Shown here in pieces: positions 25,316-38,786 of a stretch of 64,000 nucleotides of DNA; position 1 is the first letter of the stretch, and the number at the start of each line of letters is the position of its first letter. The notes beneath the pieces were generated by a model. That model had not been told where the DNA came from. It did no database searches and saw only the letters and a program-made list of their open reading frames with translations. Position numbers and translations under genes: made by a program. Source of the DNA: Perna viridis (lineage: Eukaryota); assembly GCA_037379345.1 (NCBI GenBank), contig CM074520.1, positions 4,464,001 to 4,528,000 of the forward strand. Direction: 5' to 3'.

Positions 25316-27713
25316 TACATTAGTACTATACCTATTCTGGCTATCAAGTGTCGTGAGTAATGTCGAGATACTGCTTTCATATTGATAATTTTTCGCCAAA
25401 AAATCTAATTTTCCTTGTACGAACGTTGGGAAAAATCCATTCAAATTGTGACTTATTTTTCAACATGTAGTTAAAGAAAATGTATTGTTATATCGTGGTT
25501 TTGATTTTTTTATTATTATAAAAACTTGGGCAAATATAACTACAATGAATATTGTGAATATGTCAAACATGCATTATCAGCGGAAAGTAAAATGAAAAAA
25601 TGTCGAGAGTAAATATGAAAAGGAATGAGTTTTAATTTTAACATTGGACAATGCTTTTTTAATATATTTTACACAGATCGACTTAACGAATCTTTTATCT
25701 TATTCACTCGCCAAGTCTAATCTACCACTTACTATATTAGTCAGAGAAGATGTCTGTATATCGTTATCATTTTGTTTGTCTAAAAATTTATCATTTCTGT
25801 TTCACATTACGTTTGTACGTTGACTAAATAGGATATTGACTAAACAAAATGATTGCTTTTCTCAGCTTAGGATTTAAAATTATTATTTTTATATTATCCA
25901 ATCCATTAACTACAAAACCAATTTATTCAGATCAATTTTGTATATAACAATACATGTATATAGTGCCTTCGTTGCAAAGTGAGTAAAGTGATCATACTAC
26001 AACATATCGTTCGAATCGTAAACATTTTGTGCATGAGCTATATATGTATGCATGGGAGTCAGTGGCAGATACCGGGGTTGGGTTCCCGAGAGCTGGGTTC
26101 CCTTTTTGTTTGATATTTATGACACGTTTGTGCTCAAATGAACAAATTATATGCTGGACCATTGGATTGGAATCTCTCGTTTTTATAAAATTCTCTATCC
26201 GTCCCTGGTATCCAACCTACATGCAATATATCCAGTAATAAATGCCCCATAATGATTACCTTCTTTAAAAATGTTTAGTAAACAGTAAGTAGACACCCGA
26301 TGGATATGAAAATACCATAGTACAACACGCCTATAGAACTCTATATGCACATAATACCATAGATCCACCAGGTGTGATCTATAGCTGCTAGGAAAAATGT
26401 CATGAAAATATTGCGTACGGACGAACACACCGATCAGTAGAGATACCGCCTTCTTAAAAACGGGGATATTATAATATTGTAAATATTTACAATAAACACC
26501 AGTCAACGGCAAATTAAGACCGCAGATTTAATTAAATGTAAGTCGTCCCACTTTCTAATATTTTGTAAGACTTTGAGATAAAACACATGACCTTTTCATC
26601 ACTCCAGACCGGCACTGAAGCTACCAGACCTCCTACCCATGGTAAAAAAATACACAACGTATTAGCTTTGGACATTTGGACCTTCGGAGTATTGAGTCTT
26701 CGGACTACTATGCCTTTTGAGAATTGGGCCATCTGAAATACCGGACTATCGACCAAATGTTGTTAGTTCAAGCCTGTATATTGTAAATCTTTTCTGTTTA
26801 ATGTGCATGCTATAACAACTGTCATCAATAAGCAAAGTATATATAATGGATTTGAAAACTTATTTGAAAAACAAAACAAAAAATGGTATAGACAATAAGA
26901 AAGGTCAATAATTAACACAAACAGCAAACAAACCACAGTGTACCTAAGACGGTATTGTACTAAAACATTTGCTTTACAGTAGTTGTTCGGTACGGCTATG
27001 TCAGTTGGGATAAAGACACTACATACAAAATCGATTGTAATAACTTACATAACATCTATGTTCATATGTTATATAATTTAGGCCTAACATTAACGTTTCG
27101 TCTAAAACATATGATCAACCTTCTATAAAAAGATGCATTGTAAATCACAGAATTCTTGACTACAGGAGTTAAATGTACAGCAAAAATGTCGGAAATGCAT
27201 TATCTACGTTTTTTTCTTGCCTTTTTGTACTTATCTCCATTAAATTAGTACTGCAGTATATGTGTAATGAGTATAATTTTCACAGTTTTCAATGAATATA
27301 TTGGACATTTTTAAAAATTGACCATATTTGTCAGAAACCTTGGAGGAAATGGCATAGGATATTTGAACTACTCTATAAAACTTTTTATTTAATGAATGTT
27401 TGGTATGTTATTGACAAATGTGAACCACGGGCATTGTTCTTCCAAATAGACTAAAAAATCGATCCGTTCATGCATTATAATTTAATTTTGTATCAGAATT
27501 TAACAAGTAAAAATAATTAAAAAGATCAATAACGTCACTGTCTCATAGCAAATTATGTCTTTTATTTGAGATGATTTTTTTGGGGATCAAATCAGAAAAT
27601 GTGCTACATGTTTATCAGAAAAATTTTTTTTTAATGTTAAACTTTCTTTTCACAATCCATTAAAACATTTATATACACATGTGTCATGTACATGTATATA
27701 CATTTGCAGAATT

Positions 27714-30700
27714 ATGGCATCAAAGGATCACTTTTTTGTGGCAGCGATAGATTTTGGAACCACTTACAGCGGGTATGCTTTTTCTAGCATACATGACTAT
27801 AGAATTAATCCATTAAAGATTCTTGCAGACCATTCTTGGAACTCTGGTGGTAAGCTTCTGTCTTTAAAGACACCGACCTGTCTGTTATTGAATGACAAGA
27901 AAGAGCTCGAGACTTTCGGATATGATGCAGAGAACAAATTCGCCGACATTTCAATGGAAGAGGATGGACAAAAAGACTATTACTTTTTCCAGAGATTCAA
28001 AATGAATCTTCACAATAACAAGGTATAATTGATCATTGATCAGTAATAAATGCTAATGACATGCATTACCAACAACGTTTGTGAATAATGTGTACTCACT
28101 TCAGTCCTGTTTTGGGTTAACACAACACTCGCACTGTTGAAACTTTATTTTTGATTATTTCAGCTATATATAGACAAATTTCATCATTATATCAACGTTT
28201 TCGTTATGGGTTGTCCCTTTTGTTTTAACAAAGATTAAACAAATATATATATATATATACATGTATAGATAAATATTGTTATGCTTAAAGATTATGTTGA
28301 ACGAATTAATATAATACAACGATTCCTACTAATTTTGTCAAGCACATACACTGTAATAAGTATGATCATGTACACTATTTTATCATATTAACATGACAGT
28401 ATAATCATTTTTGCTGTTGCTTTCAATGATGTATTGGTGCACTGTTTTATTTTTTTTTTTAATTGCTGTGCTTAAATCTAGATTGATTCGCTAGAAAGAT
28501 GAATTTAAAGTTGTATGTTAACAAACAAGTTCATATACAAGAAATCAGTACTATTAAGTTCTTGGACAAACATGTGAAAAATATACACAAATTACAGAAT
28601 ATTTCAGCAGAAATGTTGATAGAAGATGTTACAGGGAAATCAGTATCAGCTCTGCTAGTGTTTACCTTAGCAATCAGAGCTCTCAAAGACCATTTAAACA
28701 ACAACTTTGAATCAAAGGGTATCACAATCAAAGACAAAGAGATATTATGGGTACTTACAGTTCCTGCTATATGGAATGACCAGGCAAAACAGTTTATGAG
28801 GACCAGTGCAGAAAAGGTTATAACATTTGTATCGGCTCAAACCATACTGTACTTTCCCATGTGAAGATGTTCATTAAATAATAATAACATATGAGATCTT
28901 TACAATCGTTCAAGACCTAAAAATCAACGACAAAAACGGGCTCATTTAAAAGATTTAAATCTCATCTAGACTAAAATTTACAGTTAGCGTATGCCTTTAT
29001 CTTGTGTCTGTCGTCTACAAACTTTTAAATTTTGGTTCCTATTTATAAAAGTAAAATGACCAGTTTGACAAAAATACAATCAATCTACATTTGATTCCAC
29101 TAAAGACTTTCTAATATTCTAAATGGACAATTTCAAAGCTACACTCATACTACATCATGTGTGACAATGGTTCGAAATTTGGTAGGATTGTGGACAGCTA
29201 TCCCTGTTTTGAATTATCCCCTTTTAACGCTGTCGAAGCAGCTCCTTTCTGTGGCTACCGCTCTTAAATATGAGAAATATGCCTTAGTCTATGAGCCCAA
29301 CAAATAAAAACTTTTTTAAAATTTGTTGTGGCTAGGGATTCTTTAGTGACACGGGCCACTCTAAGTTACCATTAAGATTCTAAGGATAAGCGTAATAATT
29401 GTGTTAAATTTAATGGGCATTTTTAAGCTCACCTGCCCCGAAGTGACGGACATGGCCTCTATCACTAGTAGTAGTTTTTGCAATTTTCCATGTTCCGAAA
29501 CAGCGTCTGACGTTAGAAATTCACTCTAGACGCTGCAACCAGCATTTCGAAAATTTTATTTGAAAAGTGTCCGAGAATTTCGAAAGGTAAGAGACACAAC
29601 GAACGTCTTCCGCTTCAGTTTTGGCAATTTTCTATAAAAAAAAATCAATAGGTTTAAATAAATTCTGACTGAGGTTAAAATGTTCAGATGTAATATAACA
29701 ATGGAGATATTTTCGTTACATTCCATGAGCGTTCTTTTAGTGGATATCGCATTTTTCTTTACGATGTGTATTGAGTTATTCCATGGTGATTATTGGATGT
29801 ATTATTGCATGGGTTTTATGATGTGTTTTTTTTTTTAACCTTACATTAAAGGAGATGGATAATAATAGGATAATTAATTGGAAAGAGTGAATAACCAATT
29901 GACTATCCTATTTATTATATAGAGTTTCTTCGTAATTTATCGATATTTTCAATATGAATTTGAAATTCTGTGATTGGCGGATTGGTATCAAAGTTGTGAT
30001 GTTTTTGAGGGAGAAAGCGCGAGAGTGAAATCACTGAATTTATTTCACAGTGTGAATTATCGAAATTTATTACATTGGGAACATTCGATAAAATATTGCT
30101 ATCTTTATAATAAGACCATATAAAACTAATTTAATTCCATCACTGATATTCACACTCTTCACGTTGACGTACTCCCAAACAGTTAGAGTGGGGAAGCGCT
30201 CTCGGATCTGGGAGTAGACCAGAGCGTCAACAGAGCAGCCAAGGCGCTAGTAGGACATACTCTGAGTTCTTCGGTCGGGTATCCCAAAGGCTGGGCTCCG
30301 CTACCCCAACTACTAACAGACATTTACTAACAGAATCCCCGTATGGGGCGGTCGTGCGAGATCCGTAAGGATAGTCAAGACTGTAAAAAACCCCAATCAT
30401 CACCACTGATATTATGCTCATCCTGCAGTCTGGACATGTTGGTCATTAATATGACTTGTGTCATTATATCAATTTTTAGTGTGGTTTTGAAGAATTGTAA
30501 TCGTTTTTATTACTTTTCTTGTCTGAATTTTCCAGGGGTGTGTTTACACTTGTTGAATATGTTTTGGTTATCCCTGAAAGTATTTAGTATTTTGTATTTA
30601 GGTTATACGCTGTTGCATTTGTTACGTTTCATCATATCCCTTTTTAAGTCGCTAATATTGTTAGCGACTTCTTGCATTCGTAATTTTAGTGCTTAAATTC

Positions 30701-33700
30701 GCATATGATTTGCATAAATATGTAGTTATACGCCACGTAATGATATAGATCCTCGTCGTGTTTACTGCAATAGAGTCATAGTTCTAGCTTCAAGCGAGAT
30801 AAAAATGTACCTCTAAAGTATCATACGTCTGTGTTTTATGTGTCTTTCTTGCTTGTATGAGAACGGGAAGTTTTATACTTGAAATGATCAGTTAGCTTTG
30901 AACATTACCTAGTTTCCGATTCAGGCACTGAGGCTCGTTACAAGACTATATAGGTTATATACGCGCCCCGATATTTATGAATATTCATTACCAGCTGCTT
31001 AATCTGGTTGCTAAACTGGTTCCCTGGTCAATATCATAAGACGCCCAAAGATTGCTACAAGGTACCTTTTTTAAAACATATCATACACATGTCTAAGCGT
31101 GTTTTTAGCTTATATTTGAACGAGAAGTTCACATTAAAAAATAAAATGATCGGTTGGCATTGAATTTATGTTATATTACCCAGTTTCCGATTCAAACACA
31201 GGCGTTTTTTACATAAAAGTCATATATACATTATCAGGACACCGATATCTATATATAGCCATTGCCAGTTGTTTAATCTTGTTCCGGATTATTGAAAACA
31301 TTGGGGTCATAACGGTTACGAACGAGTACGCAATAATATCAAGGGAACCAAGATTTTGGCGGAAGTTATCCAATTTTAGAGCATATCGCATTTGTACCAC
31401 TTCGGATGTTGAAAGTAAGCCAAAATCAGTGACAAGGAATATTTGACAATTAGCGACTTAGAAAACTTCAGTCTTTGATTTTTTATTGCTGACCATTGTT
31501 TAATAAATTGTCCTTTTATTACGTTTTTGTTTGTTTTATTTTCGTGTTAATGTTTCATAAAATTTTCTCCTCTGAACTATTAAACATATTCTTACCAAAT
31601 ATAAATATATATATGATTGTCGAAGAGACGATACCAAATACCATACCATGAAGCAATTAAGCTGTAAAAGGCCTAAATTTAACTGAAGTTAAACTATTAA
31701 TAAAAATAGAAAAGGGACTTAAAAAAAAAATAAATAAAACAATGAACTGAAAAAAATATACATATAAATACATAAGATAAAAAAAACCTACAAACTTTGT
31801 TAATTTGTTTCACAGATATGAATTGGGAATTTATTCATACTAGAACGAGGATGTCTATGATATTGTTCCATTAGATACCACCAAGGTCAGACCGGCATTG
31901 ATCTATCAGACGGGCAATTTCATAAAATTAACCTTAAAATTTATTGTTAACTAAGTTTGGTTTCAAGGCGAGCCTTGTTTTAAAAGTTCTTTTACATTAA
32001 TATAACACCCAGGTAAGCGATTCAGCTTCTTAAAAAAATATATTCAGGACAAATTATAGGATCACGTGGACAAGCATTGGTCATAGGACATAAAAAAAAG
32101 AATTGTAAAGTAGATAAGATACATCTATTTTTACACAACTTACAACTTTTTATGCTATTATTTGCATGTTTGCTTTCGACATGACCTTTTTTTCTTTAGG
32201 CTGGTATACCGGACAACAACATATTGATAGCACTAGAGCCGGAGGCTGCATCTATCTATTGTCAGTATTTGCCAACAGAAAAACTTCACGGAACTGAACC
32301 TGGTTTTGGAATGACAAAGGTTGGAACTCGGTTTATGGTTGTGGATATTGGAGGTATATATGGGTATTTTTTTCATCATGAAAGAGAAAACAAATAATCA
32401 AACAATTGTAGTTGTTTGATGCTTGTATTTTCACTTTGCTTTAAAGTGAAGAATTCAAGTCGGTTTCTCAAACTTCCCAGTCCAGGTTACGATAAAAAAA
32501 GGTCCATATAAAATTGCGTGGCATATGATAGGAATTAATTTCCTATTATTGTGTGTTTTTATTTTTAACATAACTTTTCACCTTTGAAGGTACCTGATTT
32601 TTGCACTTTTCCTTCGGGTACTTTTCACTATGCTTAGGGAATCTTCTATCAAAACAATAGTTAGGGTAAGCAAGGAGTTTGCTTTATCCCCATATATTGA
32701 GAGTATTAACTGTTACAAGGCACGCGAGATAAAACGAGAAAGCGTGAGATTCCAATCTTTCTATATTAACCTTGGTGTAAGATTGCGTTGTAGAGGGAAA
32801 ATCTTTCAAAAACTAACATTTATCATTGTCATTTTATCATTGTGGGCATGGTCTTTGTTTGCCTTTTACATTGTATACTAAAGGATATTACTATTCCACT
32901 CTACAAAGATAACGTTCAAAGGGAGATAATTCATAGATATTTAAAAAAGAGTACTACCAATTAAATGGGTTATATATGTGTAAGATTAACTAGTGGTATA
33001 TCTGATGAAGGTTTTAATTCTTTTATGTGAACATTTAAGGAAGAAAATTCAGATACCATTTGGAAAAAATCACGTGCCACCTATCTTGTACATATATGTT
33101 TCGAGTTTTATCTGTAACTGTGTACTTAACATAACAGCTTTGTTACACAAATTTATTAAGAGAAATAAAAAAAAGGTCTTAAGGTGTATTAATATGCACG
33201 AACAGAACGCATCATTGACCACTTTAAGTTTGAATTTTTATAAGAATCAGGCAAAATGGGAAAAATCAAAAACATACTATCACAAACCCACCGATCTGAC
33301 AATATTTTTTCGATCAAGGATGCATTCTCTGTTTGAAAACTCAATTATTTGACCTCTGCGTCACTGGATTTGATCAGAAAATTTTCAATAGAATTATAGA
33401 AAAAAGAGCTACATGCCCTTGAAACGATCATTTTCAGTGCATTTCAGTGAAATTAATCTTGTCTTTTTTCCTTCATTATGATGTGCAAATAGTCGAATTA
33501 AACTTTCAAAATGGTGGGTTTTTCACATCATGTTTCACCCACTGCCTAAGTCTTACAAAGACTGACACATACATGTAAACAACTTACAATATATACGCAA
33601 TTTTCAGGTGGCACATTAGATATCACCGTTCATGAGAAACTACCGGATACTAGGCTGAAGGAGTTGACAAGTGCAACAGGAAACGATTTTGGGGGAACGT

Positions 33701-34663
33701 CGGTTGATAAGAGATATTTCAAACTACTTGATGAAATTTTTAAAGGACTATTATCTACCGTCTTGAAAAAGGAAAATCCTGATTTATATCTTGAGATTTT
33801 TCGTGATTTTGAAGTACTGAAGAGAATGATATCTCACAACAAAACCGATATGGTGAATGTTACAATCCCATTTTCTACAATCGATGAAATCTGCAAAACT
33901 CACCTCTCGACAAGTGTGAAGCAAGTCCTCCAAACGTCACAGTATGGTTCCGAAATTCAAGTGAAGGGCGACAAACTGAGGTTTAATGTCGAATTGATGA
34001 AAAAACTGTTTTCACCAACGTTGGATGGTATCATTGACTGCATAAAAAATGTTTTTTAAAAGACCAGAGGCAGATGGGGTTTCCCATTTATTAATAGTTG
34101 GGGGATTTTCGGGTTGTTCTCTTGTTAATGAAGCAATACGAAAACAGTTTGTTGGAAAGAGAGTAATTATTCCAGACGAAGCAGGTTTGGCAGTTTTAAG
34201 AGGAGCAGTTCTTTTCGGACATAACCCAACATACATTCAATCAAGAGTAATGCGATACACCTATGGGGTTGAAGTCATGAATGATTTCGAAGAACCGATC
34301 CATGACAAGAAATACATGGTTTTAAAAGATGGGGTAAAGAAATGTGGTAAACTTTTTGAAATCCTGATTAAAAAGGGCGAATCCATAAAAGCCGGAACCA
34401 AGGTTAGTGAAGAATACTGCACACCAGTACGAAATCAAAAATCTATGGTTTTCTCAATCTTCATCACTACTGAAAACTCTGCAAAGTATACCGACGAAGA
34501 AGGGTGTATACCTCTTGGTAAAGCGGTCTTAAAGTTTTCTAAACTTGTGGATGAAAAGCGCTTTGTCGACGTTGACTATGTGTTTGGAAATACCGAACTC
34601 GGGATTATAGCTGTCGATCGTGAATCCCAAGATGAGGTGAAAGCTACTTTAGAGCTTGTCTAA
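27714..34663 (+). CDS. HSPA12A: Heat shock 70 kDa protein 12 (HSPA12A-like); 4 coding exons; +1 frameshift at 34052-34057 (assembly error, null allele or pseudogene)
   Basis: Exons 27714-28022 (VAAIDFGTTYSGYAFS, SLKTPTCLLL), 28598-28816 (WVLTVPAIWNDQAKQFMR), 32200-32353 (IALEPEAASIYCQ...VVDIG), 33608-34663 (GGTLDIT, GGTSVD, LIVGGFS, LAVLRGAVLFGH, SRVMRYTYG). Removing one T from the T6 run gives 1737 nt, 578 aa. An acceptor (cag, 27707-27709) just before the ATG implies an upstream non-coding exon. Confidence 0.92.
30151..30400 (+). mobile_element. 250-nt GC-rich, highly structured short retroposon in HSPA12 intron 2
   Basis: TSD ca(t/c)cactgatatt at 30138-30150 and 30401-30413. 3' end gtaaaaaaccccaatcat resembles SINE/LINE tails. 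Single copy in the window. Confidence 0.7.
30644..31461. mobile_element. Non-autonomous DNA element with taagtcgctaat/attagcgactta termini; diverged partial copy at about 60280-60682 (-)
   Basis: Terminal inverted 12-mer and an internal diverged duplication. 60500-60682 is the reverse complement of 30644-30830. Confidence 0.6.
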
Positions 34664-36238
34664 GAAAAATTGTCGAAATTAATTTCTTTGAAAATGTCCG
34701 ATCACTTCCTCATTTCAATGTATGTATTAACAGCAGTGAACACGACAATAGACATTTACGTTTTGTGTATTGAAAATCAAATATTTTTGCACGTATATTT
34801 AAAGTAGTTGCATTTTTGTAGACATACATTGCACGACCAAATGCATATACATGTATGCAGTTGAAAACATTTGATGTCATTTCGTGTGCTGTGTTATAAG
34901 AAATATTTGCTGTGTTAAAGTAACATTTTTTGCTATGTTTCTTTGATTCTTTGTCAATTTTCTAGTAAGAGATCAACTTCGTTTTCAACAAACTACGGAT
35001 ATTGAGTGTAATATCTACATTTAATGTCAATTACAAAGTTAACTAATGATGAGAAACAACAATAGTAATTCTACATGATTGCACACGTAAATCTAGGGAA
35101 AAAATCTCAATTGTGGAAATGCCGCCCTGGTAATAGTAAGTTTTTGAATATCCGATGCTTTCTCGTGGTTACATAGCACGCACCTGTTTCTGCAACACAT
35201 ATTATACAATCCGTTAGAGTTACTGGTTTTAGGTATTGCAGAAGATACAAAAAAAGTTTTAAATGAAATTGACATTTAACAGAGAAATTTGTAAGAATCA
35301 AGCAACATTATTATTTAGAGATTCATTACAAACATATTTTTATTTTTTACCGTATGGTGAGTATGTAGCTTTTGAGAATCTTTATTGGTGGAATGCAGTT
35401 CAGTTTTTTGCCAGAAGATGTTAAAAAGAATGTTTTGGAAAACATCATAGTTATCTTCCTTTAAACGATTATGATAGTCTAGGTACATTGAAACCATTGA
35501 TTTTTTCTCACCAAGAAAAGACGTACATTGTATATATTATTTATAAAACCGTTGGTTTCAATATGTTGACGCATGCTATCAGCAGACCCGTAATGACAGT
35601 TACTGATGTATACCTGCAACTTTGTTACACGCGTACACAGTTGTGATTTTCAGGTGATGGAGTTGGATCTACAATCATTGCATGACAGTTGTCTTTAATG
35701 AACTCTCTTTGGACAAGGATTTGAACTGCTGTCAATCCATGTGTATCCTAATGGGTGATTGTCATTAAATTTACAGACCAAATTTCCTCCTTAACATTTT
35801 CATTGTAAGCGCTAACAATTTAGTTCATAATTCGACATTGTGTTGCGATGTAATTAGCAATGATTTCTGTAACAATAAAAGCATGGAGTCTTGTCGCGTC
35901 TATCGTCAGAACACGTCTTTCTAGTATTTATTGTATACATATTACTTTTGGATATAGACGATCCCATGGGTCCTGAAGAGAGGTAACTCCATGAAACACG
36001 TTGTAGTATAGATATGATGGGTATTGTTTTGTACTTTGAATACGCCAAGTTATACTCATAAGATTGTTATAGATATTTATTATCAACAGATAAAAATACA
36101 TTCAACAATGAGTAGCAATTTTCATATAAAAATGACTAAAATAAGCACTAAAAGTCGCTCAAAATAGTTTTAAATTAGCACTTAGAGGTTCAAAATAATT
36201 CCACGAAATCACCACTAAATATCCTCAACACCGTCTGT

Positions 36239-36802
36239 TTAAGATAACAAATAATCAATGGAAAACTTTTCAACCTTCGTCTTATTACCCCCAGCCCGCC
36301 TTGCATTAGTTATATCCATAAGTTTCCTATTTTGTGTTTGCTCAACAGGTGCAATACACTGTTGATTGTCTCTGAATATCGGGAATGGATTATACTGCTG
36401 TGGTATTTTCCTCACTATGTTGTCATGGTTACGTCTTGTCAATTGGTGTACAAGTTGCTGAAGCCCTCTTTGCGTCTTTTGAAGCGAGACGATATGGTTC
36501 CTCGCCAGCAAGAGCGTTGACATTTTCGATATTCTGTTGACAGATTTTGAATATGGTAACACACGCTTCAAATCGTCCATGGCTTTATTGAGTTGGTGCA
36601 TGCGATGTCTTTCTTTTTCGTTTGTTCTCAAACGGTCCTCCTCGGATGTCTGCTTTAGCTTCTTTTGTGAATGACAAAAAATTGCATTACAATTTTCTTT
36701 TCCTGCAAGAAAATCTTGAAGATGGTGATCGACGTTAGTTGTTTCCGAGTTAAAAACAGTGTCCTCAGCTGACAAGACGACGGTATTACTAAGACCATTC
36801 AT
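36239..36802 (-). CDS. Intronless bHLH transcription factor, divergent Olig/BHLHE22-23-like (Atonal superfamily), 187 aa
   Basis: bHLH domain at about 36476-36643: RLRTNEKERHRMHQLNKAMDDLKRVLPY...RISKMSTLLLARNHI matches the Olig signature (ERxRMHxLNxAMDxLRxVxPY...LSKIATLLLARNYI). AATAAA on the minus strand at 36076-36081. Confidence 0.9.
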   Translation of the reverse strand: MNGLSNTVVLSAEDTVFNSETTNVDHHLQDFLAGKENCNAIFCHSQKKLKQTSEEDRLRTNEKERHRMHQLNKAMDDLKRVLPYSKSVNRISKMSTLLLARNHIVSLQKTQRGLQQLVHQLTRRNHDNIVRKIPQQYNPFPIFRDNQQCIAPVEQTQNRKLMDITNARRAGGNKTKVEKFSIDYLLS

Positions 36803-36963
36803 GCTGACTGTTTTGTTGAAATGAACAATTTAAACCGATTAGAACATCTAATGAAGTTCGAATGGTGCTAACTTAGAATTTCCTCCAAATTTAAGACAAA
36901 TGAGAGTCGTTATCACCATATCAAATCTGTATTTGATTCAAATTGTTTGACTTTTGTTTTTCA

Positions 36964-37110
36964 CACCTGCATTATCACCTGGAGGTTAAATTAACACTTT
37001 CAATTCAAACTGTACCGGAAATAGATAAGGATCTTCTCAAATATCCGACTACATGCATCGGATAATTATTCTGCCTTTAGCGGTGAACAAAATCAATCAC
37101 TGTACATATG
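36964..37110. promoter_or_regulatory. E-box cluster upstream of the bHLH gene
   Basis: CACCTG at 36964-36969 and 36976-36981, CATATG at 37105-37110; 160-310 bp upstream of the ATG. Confidence 0.3.
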
Positions 37111-38786
37111 GAATTTAAATTGATTGAAATAATTGACAATCGGAAAATATTTCACTGGACAAGTGCACGTTATTCGCCACAATGATTATAATTTTGAGAT
37201 AAAAACAATAATACACCAAATTGTTACCTGCCATCAAAATAAAATATTACACAGCAGTACTTAATATTACTTTTAATTACATTATTGGTTCCTATTTCTT
37301 TCTTCACATCTTTCATATAAACTAGTCTTATTTCTTTTTATTCTTGATTTTTCTGTCGTCATTATATACATTTGGTTTTCTTTAAACTAAATATTATTAA
37401 GCGTTATTCGACAAATAAACACAATAGATATACATATATTTAGTAAATGCCTTGAATACATGTATTGGAGTATTTTGTTTACTGGAATATTGAGTTTTAG
37501 TTTTGAAATTCATTTTTATTTGTTATTCATAATTTCTTTTTAAAATTCTGTTTACCACCCCCAAGACAGTACTGTTGCTATGTCAACCTGCATGTACATG
37601 TAATAATGAGATACATGTACACATCTACATCAATAATTTCTTGACCAAATTTTCACAGGGTATCAAATATAATGCTGATAGTTCGTATTCTGTGAGGTGT
37701 GGTGTATACAGAGCGTGATATGTCTATCTGGTGTTAATACTTTAATCCGCCAAAAAAAAAAATAAAAAATAAAAATAGCAAATTAATCTGTAGCATTTTC
37801 GTGGCACGCCAGTGCATAATAGAAATGAGGATGAATGTTGATGTTTATTTTCTGAATGGTAAGTGAATTATTCCTGAACCGGGTTATAATAGTTCATTGT
37901 TCGACATTTGTACGAAATTCTCTATCGAACACTCGTTATTTTGATACAAGAAAAGAACGATCAAAATCTATCGTTCAACTGACTGTGTTTGTTAAATATA
38001 CTTTTTACAATCCGGGCATTTGAATTAAAACTGCAGTGCACAATTTAGCTTTAAAGGCTATTACAAACATTCGAATGCATATGTCTATGTTGTTCGGTAC
38101 GCCAGTTTATTTAAATTATGGAAGAACTGTATCAACAATCGCGTTTTCAGAAAGGTCGATGACGTGATACTGACGAAGGACCTCTCCTTCATTTCGTGCT
38201 GGTGATGACTTCTCAGTTGCAATATTAAAGACAAGAACAAATACATTGTATTACCAGAAACATGTAATTTTGTTGTACATTTACATGTATATATATGTGC
38301 ATGTGTAAAGCGATTTATGTTTATTCCTATATTTTTAAACGGTTTTGTATGATATAATAATGTACTAATATTATTAGATGAATTTTAGTGTTGCTTTTCC
38401 CAGTCGTTAGGGGGAGCTGCGAATCGTTTCTTTATGATATCGTCAGCTGTTATGAATTGTTCAACGTGCAGCCGATCATCGAGAAGGATTCCATCATTTC
38501 ACTTTGTGACGACTATTACCCTATTTGCGAGTAAGTTAAAAGTAAACCACACGTAAACACGGAGAAGAGAAAATAGATGAAAATGGATGACTTCCTGGAA
38601 AATTGGTATTGGACAAATGTAAACGAATACAATTTAGCAAATCAATAAATTAAACCTTCATAATAATTTTTAGAATACAAACTGTAGCATCACCGAATGT
38701 TCAGTCATAGAACAAATAGCGAAACACAAAATAAGGTTTGTTAATGTAATGTCAACAGTAAATAATCGGAACTACCCACCTTTTCT

